IMG/VR virus record: IMGVR_UViG_3300020576_002361
Location: 14,976-78,975 of that record
Direction: 5' to 3' (one strand)
DNA length: 64,000 nucleotides
DNA from: a virus
Lineage: Duplodnaviria > Caudoviricetes
Both the position numbers and the translations under genes were made by a program. The notes below the pieces were generated by a model that did not search any database, was not told where the DNA came from, and saw only the letters and a program-made list of their open reading frames with translations. Positions 46,003 to 53,116 of the stretch are shown piece by piece; within the stretch, counting starts at the first letter, position 1; each line of letters opens with the position of its first letter.

Positions 46003-46118
46003 GTAGATTTAGTTTTAACTTTCTTTTTCTTTCCAAATATACGTTCGTAATTTTGATCGTATTTGACTTTATCCACTGGTCTAGGAGAATCTCCTTTGCC
46101 GGCACCTTCGGACTTCAT
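45999..46118 (-). CDS. Small basic protein (39 aa), below the ORF-track cutoff
   Basis: MKSEGAGKGDSPRPVDKVKYDQNYERIFGKKKKVKTKST; GGAA RBS-like sequence upstream; fills the gap between neighbours. Confidence 0.7.
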   Translation of the reverse strand: MKSEGAGKGDSPRPVDKVKYDQNYERIFGKKKKVKTKST

Positions 46119-46130
46119 TTCAAGATTCCT

Positions 46131-46526
46131 TCAATTATGGCTATTCCATGTTTCTCTTAACCGACTATGATCGACTGGATATAGTTCTTTGCCATTATAT
46201 CCGTGGTATCTGCCGTCTTCTATGTCACAAATATACTCTTCGTCGTGACCACCGCAGTCGTTTACTACTCTTAGATCGTCAAGAGGACAATCTCCGATGA
46301 ATTTTAGTAGCTTTTGGGCTATTTCTTCTGCGTATTCTTTGTCAAATCCGTCTTTACCCTCAGAACTTACAAAGTAGGTATTATCATCGCGGTGCAAATC
46401 TAAGATATATTTACCTAAAGTTGTTGGTTTCAGACATTGAGCAAAGTCAAAGTTGGACCAGAACCCCTTACCTAGTTCAAACAATTTCTTTTTCTTAGGA
46501 TGATACACATAATATTCGATACCCAT
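46131..46526 (-). CDS. Hypothetical protein
   Basis: 131-aa ORF with AGGA RBS. Confidence 0.75.
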   Translation of the reverse strand: MGIEYYVYHPKKKKLFELGKGFWSNFDFAQCLKPTTLGKYILDLHRDDNTYFVSSEGKDGFDKEYAEEIAQKLLKFIGDCPLDDLRVVNDCGGHDEEYICDIEDGRYHGYNGKELYPVDHSRLRETWNSHN

Positions 46527-46541
46527 AATATTTCCTTATAC

Positions 46542-47276
46542 TTATTTCTTATTTCTCATTATTCGCAACTCGTCATTTACGTCTTTTTGATTTTGCGGAA
46601 CATTATCCACTTGCTTTGATCGAGTTATCTTTGGATATTTAGTCTTCATCATGTCATGTCCTAACAACCCAGCTGCTCCTATACCAGCCGCAGCTACTAT
46701 GGCTTTACCTGTTTTTAGGGCTTCGCGGGACTCTCCAATTTCTTGTCGTCTTTTTAGAACTTTATTGTCTCTGTGCCATTGGGCTATATCACTGTCTCTA
46801 TGTATGAGAGCTTTTCTACGAAGATTATGAAGAGCTGCGTCCATTTTCTTCACCCGTACCTGGGGTTGACGGCTATCTCTAGTCTTCATTTTTTTAGACG
46901 TGGGTATATGAGAAGGAAGATCGGAATTGGGAACATGTTTCAAGTAAGCCGCACCATCTTCAAACGAATCTCTGTCTGGTTCTCCGTATTCTTTCTTATA
47001 TAGTGTATATGATCTAGAAAGATGCTTTCTTCTTAGTTTATCTGCATGATCTAGGGCAGATTTGTGTTGCCATGCTCTAGTTTTAAGAGTAGTATTTTCT
47101 TTTATGTTATTCTTTGCGTTTTTTCTCAACAAAGACATACTACTCTTGTAAATCATTCTATGACCTATGTCATTGGTCCATCTTGAAGGACCACCTTTTC
47201 CTGCTGCCATTCTTTTTCGATTTAGAGATTTTAGCCCACCAGAACCTTCGAAAATGAACTGAATGAATGTTAACAT
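46542..47276 (-). CDS. Basic putative internal head protein with capsid-targeting-like N-terminus
   Basis: MLTFIQFIFEG start; CATAAATA late-like motif at 47298-47305. Confidence 0.6.
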   Translation of the reverse strand: MLTFIQFIFEGSGGLKSLNRKRMAAGKGGPSRWTNDIGHRMIYKSSMSLLRKNAKNNIKENTTLKTRAWQHKSALDHADKLRRKHLSRSYTLYKKEYGEPDRDSFEDGAAYLKHVPNSDLPSHIPTSKKMKTRDSRQPQVRVKKMDAALHNLRRKALIHRDSDIAQWHRDNKVLKRRQEIGESREALKTGKAIVAAAGIGAAGLLGHDMMKTKYPKITRSKQVDNVPQNQKDVNDELRIMRNKK

Positions 47277-47300
47277 GAAATCTCCTGATTATTATAGTAT

Positions 47301-48824
47301 TTATGCGGTGTAGGATTTCACGAATACCTTATTTCCGCAATCATAAATCTTGGAATATCCAAGAGATTCTGCCATCTGAAACTCTGTCTGTGTGTCTGAA
47401 AATCCATAGGTTTCTATCATCTTTTTCTTAGTTAGGCTTTGCCGGTTGAATCTTTTTCCATTTTTTACGTAATAATAAGATGGATTGCTAGTGTGTGAGT
47501 ATTCAAACCCAAGAGATTCGTACATTTTACCTGATCCATAGCGAAGATTACAATAAGAAATGAGATTCGTTGGATTATGTGTCTTCTCGAAGTGAGTCAA
47601 CAACTTGGATCCACCACCTACAACAGAACCATCCGTAGCATAACGTAGTAACTCATATTCGTATTTTTTATTATAACGGGGAGTGCCAAAGGACATGATA
47701 GCAATTAGGGTTCCTTTGAATTCCAACCCAATACAGACTTTAGATGCTACGTATCCCTGTATATGATGCTTGTTTAAGAATTCCCGCTCAGCCTCGACAC
47801 TAACGGTTACTATTTCGCACTTTCTGGCGTAAACAGGGAAAGATTGAAGTAAATGATGTTGTATTTTACCCTTGATTATTTCTGGATTATTATTCCATTC
47901 ATCCTCGAAGACAGTAATAAGAGTGATATCCTTCTTTTCGCATTCTAGATATTTGTTCTGATGGTATTTTGTATCTTTTATAAACTCATCTGAATGCCAA
48001 TACAACCCACAAAATTCTATGGCTAAATTGTGTTCTGGTATGTAAATATCTAGTTCCTTGGGTGATATGATGGATCGGTTAGATTGTTCAATTTGCCCCT
48101 GGTATACAGATTGAATATACTTCAAAATTTCGTTTTCTAAACTAGATATTTGAGTTTTTATTATTTCTATATTATGTCTATGCATAGCATCAGATATTGT
48201 TTTTGTAGATCCAGATAGTCCAAGTTCTTTTGATATTTGAGTCAATGACTTTTGGTGTGTGTGGTGCTGATCTATTAGCCACTCTTTGTTGCTTAATTTT
48301 TCAACAGATCCTGGTGGCATCTGTAATTGTGAGTTGCACGGAACACCATACTTGTCTATATTTTGTTGACGTATTTTATCTTTAAATTCCTGTGTTTTGA
48401 ACACGCAAGAAACTCCATATTTTTCTATATTGGAATTTAATATTTTGTTTTTGATGTCTTCTGATGCTATATGGTATTCGTTACCGTATTTCGCCAGGTT
48501 AGTTTCCTTTGTTTTTGCTTGCCCTTCTACCGAATTTGCAGCCACAGAACACCCATATTTTTCTATATTGGTTTGTGTTCGTTTCGTAGTCATTTTTTCG
48601 TAATTACCTGTAATCTTATTACTTTCTACTGATTTCTTTACCTTACAGTTTTTACAGGCGTCTTTATTCACTACCTGTTTATTTGACGTATTGTATTTGT
48701 AATATGACATTGTATAATCTGTGTTACAATAATCACACGTAACTGCTACCTTCTTGTGGGATCCGTTAGATAACTCAGAGGGAAGGTAACCGTAATCTGT
48801 TTTTGTTTTTTCGTTGTTTATCAT
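47301..48824 (-). CDS. Hef-like free-standing homing endonuclease
   Basis: Repeated TN(I/L)(E/A)KYG units, ELDIYIPEHNLAIEFCGLYWHS, ITVFEDEW, C-terminal YDCGNKVF. Confidence 0.8.
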   Translation of the reverse strand: MINNEKTKTDYGYLPSELSNGSHKKVAVTCDYCNTDYTMSYYKYNTSNKQVVNKDACKNCKVKKSVESNKITGNYEKMTTKRTQTNIEKYGCSVAANSVEGQAKTKETNLAKYGNEYHIASEDIKNKILNSNIEKYGVSCVFKTQEFKDKIRQQNIDKYGVPCNSQLQMPPGSVEKLSNKEWLIDQHHTHQKSLTQISKELGLSGSTKTISDAMHRHNIEIIKTQISSLENEILKYIQSVYQGQIEQSNRSIISPKELDIYIPEHNLAIEFCGLYWHSDEFIKDTKYHQNKYLECEKKDITLITVFEDEWNNNPEIIKGKIQHHLLQSFPVYARKCEIVTVSVEAEREFLNKHHIQGYVASKVCIGLEFKGTLIAIMSFGTPRYNKKYEYELLRYATDGSVVGGGSKLLTHFEKTHNPTNLISYCNLRYGSGKMYESLGFEYSHTSNPSYYYVKNGKRFNRQSLTKKKMIETYGFSDTQTEFQMAESLGYSKIYDCGNKVFVKSYTA

Positions 48825-48867
48825 GAGTGTATTCTATGCTATCTATTACTAATGAATCAAGCACCTC

Positions 48868-48875
48868 TATTTATA
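48868..48875 (-). promoter_or_regulatory. T4-type late promoter TATAAATA for the Hef-like gene
   Basis: + strand TATTTATA immediately after the gp23 terminator. Confidence 0.7.
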
Positions 48876-48877
48876 GA

Positions 48878-48903
48878 AGAAGGGAGACATAAGCCTCCCT
48901 TCT
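48878..48903 (-). terminator. Rho-independent terminator after gp23
   Basis: AGAAGGGAG-GCTTATGT-CTCCCTTCT hairpin on the minus strand. Confidence 0.85.
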
Positions 48904-48942
48904 TTGTTACTTTTGTATTGCTCTAACGATTAGCAGCAAGTC

Positions 48943-50289
48943 TTAGAAGAGGTTCGAAATTAGCACTTTCCGATAATATTGGTTTCTACCAGATCCAAGC
49001 CTCATCGCGTCTGGGTTACCGTCGGCGCCGAATACGAATGGATTCGAAACGATGCCGTAACGGGTCTTGAAACCGATCTTAGGCTGGAAGCTGTCTTGAC
49101 CAACGGCTCTTACCATTTGAAGAGGTACGTATGGACAGTAGAAGATACCCGCATCGTACGGTGAACTACCCTTATAACCAACGCAGAAGAAGTTACGAGT
49201 AGTAGCAACGTAAGGATCGATGTAAACCTTGATCTTACCGTTTAGGGTACCGGCGAAGGTATTACCTGTATCGTCTACTTGTAGGTTGGTGCTTAGAGCA
49301 GGAGCGTAATCTAGTACGCCAGCCATGCTTAGAGCAGCAGCGGTATCAGAGTCGCATAGGAGGAAGTTACCCTTACCTCTACGAGTTTCCTTAGCGATAG
49401 CGTTGCATTCACGCTCGATTTGGAACAACATACCCTTGAACTTTTCAACGCTCCAACGACCGTTCGAGTCAACGTTCAAGTCGAAAGTACCAGCTGTCTG
49501 GGTTTGACCTGTACGAGCGCCGGTTCTGGCTACGTTGTAGATGGTTCTAACAACTTCACGGTTGATTTCAGCCATAATTTCGTTAGAAAGAATGTTGGTC
49601 AACTCGGTTTCAGCGTCAAGACCGTGGGTGGCCTTCAAGTCTTGCTGCATTTCTAGAGACCATTCGGCCTTGAGGGCGCGGGTCTTGGCTTCAACAATCG
49701 TCTTCTCGATTGTGAATGCCATTTCCTTGAATGGGTTAGAAGTAGAGTCACCAAGAGCTTCACCGCGGGAGGTGATCATACCCTGGCGATCTGAGTCAAG
49801 AGGTGAGCTGAATGGATCTACGGCTCTCGAATCTGTATCGAAGTTGTAGCCACCAGTGAAACCTACGCCGGAATAACCAGCGGTAGCGCCCGAACCACCG
49901 AACTTCGCGTCAGCCTCTAGGAAGAGTGCTTCATCGCCGTCCTGGTTATTATACTTAGATCTTAGTGCGAAGATAAGCCCTGTTGGTCCGTTCAGAGGCT
50001 GAACGCCACAGATATCATACGCAATAAGGTTTGGCATAGAACGACGTACCAACGAGATTAGGATTGGATCCCAAGTGTTGACACGGGTCTGATCGATGCT
50101 GGTACCAAAGGAACCAGGGTTGTCGCCAATGCTGTTGGATGGAGCAGCTTCTGCTAGATTAGCTTGCTGATTCTCCAACAGAACAGTCGTTACATGCTTA
50201 CGGTACGAATCTTTGATTTCACCGAATGCTTTGTGTTCGATGATAGATGCCCACTTTTTCTGCAATCTTTCGGAAACTTTGATTTCCAT
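48943..50289 (-). CDS. 23: Major capsid protein gp23
   Basis: LISLVRRSMPNLIAYDICGVQP..GPTGLIFALRS, EMAFTIEK..VEAKTRALKAEW, FYCPYVPLQMVRA, KIGFKTRYG. Confidence 0.98.
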   Translation of the reverse strand: MEIKVSERLQKKWASIIEHKAFGEIKDSYRKHVTTVLLENQQANLAEAAPSNSIGDNPGSFGTSIDQTRVNTWDPILISLVRRSMPNLIAYDICGVQPLNGPTGLIFALRSKYNNQDGDEALFLEADAKFGGSGATAGYSGVGFTGGYNFDTDSRAVDPFSSPLDSDRQGMITSRGEALGDSTSNPFKEMAFTIEKTIVEAKTRALKAEWSLEMQQDLKATHGLDAETELTNILSNEIMAEINREVVRTIYNVARTGARTGQTQTAGTFDLNVDSNGRWSVEKFKGMLFQIERECNAIAKETRRGKGNFLLCDSDTAAALSMAGVLDYAPALSTNLQVDDTGNTFAGTLNGKIKVYIDPYVATTRNFFCVGYKGSSPYDAGIFYCPYVPLQMVRAVGQDSFQPKIGFKTRYGIVSNPFVFGADGNPDAMRLGSGRNQYYRKVLISNLF

Positions 50290-50317
50290 GTTATTCTATC
50301 TCCTTTGAGTTCTTTAG

Positions 50318-50325
50318 TATTTATA
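50318..50325 (-). promoter_or_regulatory. T4-type late promoter TATAAATA for gp23
   Basis: + strand TATTTATA 29 nt upstream of the ATG. Confidence 0.85.
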
Positions 50326-50346
50326 AAATCTGATTTTTAGGTCAGT

Positions 50347-51477
50347 TTACTTGATTCCATATTGCTGAGAAATAGCCTTAGCAATATTACTGATTTCTTC
50401 TGAAATGGTCTCTGGCTGTGATTCGCCGCTGTTCTCTTCTGGGGTCAAGTCGTCTTCCTTCTTGGAAGTCTTTTGGTTCTTCGGAGTGAAGTAGCTTTCC
50501 TTGATGGTTGAGAGCTTTTCAACCAAATCTTCTGCGGAATCATAGCTAATGTTCTCGGCCAACTGAACAAACTTGTCGAACTGAGTGTCGTTCAGATCTT
50601 CTCCGATTTGAACGATAGAAGCTTCCCGGGTTTGTTCGCTTACGAGTGAAGTTAGTTCAATATTGCGTTGAACTTCGGTGTTTAGTGATTCTTCTAGATC
50701 TTCGATTCTACCATAGAGTTCTTCCATCAAGTCAGCATCACCTTCTGGGACTTGAATACCATGGTTCAAGAAGAGATCGCGAAGACCTTCAATGAAGGAT
50801 TCTGTGATTTCGTTCTTGATGCCGTTCTCTACAGCAATTTCATTCTCCTTGACCCACTCGGAAGCAACATATTCCAGATACTGGTTGAGCTGCTCGACTA
50901 GTTCAAGACGGTTATTCTCGATTTCCTCAGCGATGAACTCTTCGTATTCTTCGGCGATTTCTTCACGAAGAGATTCGACTCTTTCGTTTAGAGCGGCTTC
51001 GAAGATTGTAGATGCTTTGGACTTGAAGTCTTCGGTCAAAGAAGATTCGTTGGCAAACAAAGCGTTCATATGAGCTTGGATATCGAAAGACTCTTTCTTA
51101 GTCTTCTTTTCTTCCTTATCATCTTCCTCTTCGTCGTCGTCTTCCTTATCGTCCTCTTTAGAGTCTTCCTCTTCGCCCTTATCATCTTCGTTGTCATCTT
51201 CCTTATCGTCATCTTCAGATGAATCATCCTTAGAGTCAGATTCCTTGCCCTTCTTTAGCCAAGGAGGAAGAGTTCCTTCGTTGGTATCAGCCTTCTCAGC
51301 AGATCCCTTGGATCCGGGTAGTAAAGGCTGCTTCTTGCCAGCATTGCCAGCCTTGTCTGCTTCGTCTACGCCAATGCCCTTTAAAACTTCCTTCGCCTTG
51401 GATTCTGAAATATCTCCGGCGTTCTCAAGAAGTTCCTTAATTTTTTCTAAAACTGGATTTTTTTCCATGAAAGTCAT
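50347..51477 (-). CDS. 22: Prohead core scaffold protein gp22
   Basis: Acidic; LTEDFKSKASTIFEAA, YLEYVASEWVKENEIAVE.GI..EITESFI.GL..LF. Confidence 0.93.
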   Translation of the reverse strand: MTFMEKNPVLEKIKELLENAGDISESKAKEVLKGIGVDEADKAGNAGKKQPLLPGSKGSAEKADTNEGTLPPWLKKGKESDSKDDSSEDDDKEDDNEDDKGEEEDSKEDDKEDDDEEEDDKEEKKTKKESFDIQAHMNALFANESSLTEDFKSKASTIFEAALNERVESLREEIAEEYEEFIAEEIENNRLELVEQLNQYLEYVASEWVKENEIAVENGIKNEITESFIEGLRDLFLNHGIQVPEGDADLMEELYGRIEDLEESLNTEVQRNIELTSLVSEQTREASIVQIGEDLNDTQFDKFVQLAENISYDSAEDLVEKLSTIKESYFTPKNQKTSKKEDDLTPEENSGESQPETISEEISNIAKAISQQYGIK

Positions 51478-51493
51478 CTCCTTATATACTTAA

Positions 51494-51501
51494 TATTTAT
51501 A
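51494..51501 (-). promoter_or_regulatory. T4-type late promoter TATAAATA for gp22
   Basis: + strand TATTTATA upstream of the ATG. Confidence 0.75.
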
Positions 51502-51504
51502 CAT

Positions 51505-52149
51505 TTATAGATTTCGCAAGAAATCTTTGAACAGGTTTAGTTTCATTTCCTCTAGTTTTCTTGAACTAGCACTCAAAATAAGTTTTTTGTACTCTTCTAT
51601 TTGACGTTCTTTTACTATTCCGCTTTCTATAATCCATTCTTTTGATTCCAGAATACCGCGTACAAAGGCTTCTGGAGCAGACGGATCAGCTACAATATCA
51701 GCCGCGGTGGCTAGCTTAAAATCGCTATTAACGAAATTAGCTCCATCGCGTTCTGTTAATGTTCCTAGTCCTCTTGACGAGACTCCTAGTTTGGCTCCCT
51801 CATCAAGAAGATTTTTGACTATCTTGCCATAGGGGGTATCCACTATTTTAGCTTTTCCTATGAAGTTGGATCCCTCTTTCCTGAGGTCCAATATCATGTG
51901 TGAGACTCTTTCCATGTTAACTGTTGGGTTTTCTGGATGTCCGAGTTCACCAAAAGCTCTTTTCTGCGAAACGAAGTCTTTAACATATCTCTGTACTTCT
52001 TTTTCCAGAATACTGAGTGGATAGACGCGTCCGTTTCTGTTTTTCAGGTCTCCCTGAAGAAATACACCCTCTATGAAGTATTTCTTCTCTCCACCCACGT
52101 CTTCTTTGATTACTTTGATGTCTTGTATAGTTTCTGTGATTAGTTTCAT
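51505..52149 (-). CDS. 21: Prohead protease gp21
   Basis: MKLITE, KNRNGRVYP, RAFGELGHP, LGVSSRGLG, ADIVADPSAPEAFV. Confidence 0.97.
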   Translation of the reverse strand: MKLITETIQDIKVIKEDVGGEKKYFIEGVFLQGDLKNRNGRVYPLSILEKEVQRYVKDFVSQKRAFGELGHPENPTVNMERVSHMILDLRKEGSNFIGKAKIVDTPYGKIVKNLLDEGAKLGVSSRGLGTLTERDGANFVNSDFKLATAADIVADPSAPEAFVRGILESKEWIIESGIVKERQIEEYKKLILSASSRKLEEMKLNLFKDFLRNL

Positions 52150-52152
52150 TTT

Positions 52153-52650
52153 TTATCCTGTTATTCCAAACCCTGAAACCTTATCAACTTCTATAAAGAT
52201 AGAAAATGCTGTAGAGTCTGTACCAGTAATAGAAGTAGCATTATAAATGTCTATTTGATTTATTCTTTGCGCACCAGTAAGAGGGTTGGCTAACTTAATG
52301 CCATGCTCATTGAAATCCCATTGTCCGTTTCCGGATAGATAGACAGCTACGTTTCCGGCTGTCATTGCGGCTGATGGAATACCCCAAGAAACTGCTACAG
52401 ACGGGGTATAAGATGTAGCTGCTCCGTTTGGTGCATTGCTGATAGACCAATATATCTTCGAGATATCTACCAGAGAAGTGCTGGCTGTAGATCCAGACAA
52501 ACCATAACTCAAATCAGTCCACAAAATCGATGAAGTTAGTCCACCTGTGTTGAGAACTTGAGGTGAAACCACAGCATCTGTATAATAAGTAAACTTATAT
52601 ACAGCTCTCTGTAAGGTATCTGTTAGTTTCTGTTTATTAAAACTAGCCAT
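52153..52650 (-). CDS. Hypothetical virion protein in the head gene cluster
   Basis: 165-aa beta-rich, G/T/S-rich ORF between portal and protease. Confidence 0.75.
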   Translation of the reverse strand: MASFNKQKLTDTLQRAVYKFTYYTDAVVSPQVLNTGGLTSSILWTDLSYGLSGSTASTSLVDISKIYWSISNAPNGAATSYTPSVAVSWGIPSAAMTAGNVAVYLSGNGQWDFNEHGIKLANPLTGAQRINQIDIYNATSITGTDSTAFSIFIEVDKVSGFGITG

Positions 52651-53105
52651 TATTCGCCCTCTTCAGTTACTTGTTCAACAAACTCTAACATAGTATCAAA
52701 GTCCTTGATGGATAAGCACATTTGCTCAATGAGCCTGTCAGCATTTGTTTGGTTTAGTGAGTCATAAGTGAGACTAATGCTCTCGGCTATTTCTGGTGTA
52801 ATACATACCTTCTCACCAGAAAGAAGAGTAACTTCTGACTCTTCTTTCGTTCTATAGGAGTGTATTACACTCTCTAGAAGATTATTGGCGAAGTCTTCGT
52901 ATTCTTCGGATTCCAACGACTCTTTGATTACGTCATTATAAGAAGATATTGCTTCAAGATCATCTATCATTTCTTGAATGCGTTCTTTAACGCACTCATC
53001 TTCGAAAAGATTAAGTACGTTTTGTAAAGAAAGAATACTTTCTTGTATTTCTACAGGAGTTAAATTTGATTCGTTGTCGTTTCTTATTTCTGAAAAGTTT
53101 TTCAT
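52650..53105 (-). CDS. Putative prohead core protein (gp67/gp68 position)
   Basis: Acidic 151-aa ORF with MKNFSEIR start and IxE/LxE motifs, located after gp20. Confidence 0.6.
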   Translation of the reverse strand: MKNFSEIRNDNESNLTPVEIQESILSLQNVLNLFEDECVKERIQEMIDDLEAISSYNDVIKESLESEEYEDFANNLLESVIHSYRTKEESEVTLLSGEKVCITPEIAESISLTYDSLNQTNADRLIEQMCLSIKDFDTMLEFVEQVTEEGE

Positions 53106-53116
53106 ATATTTACCCT

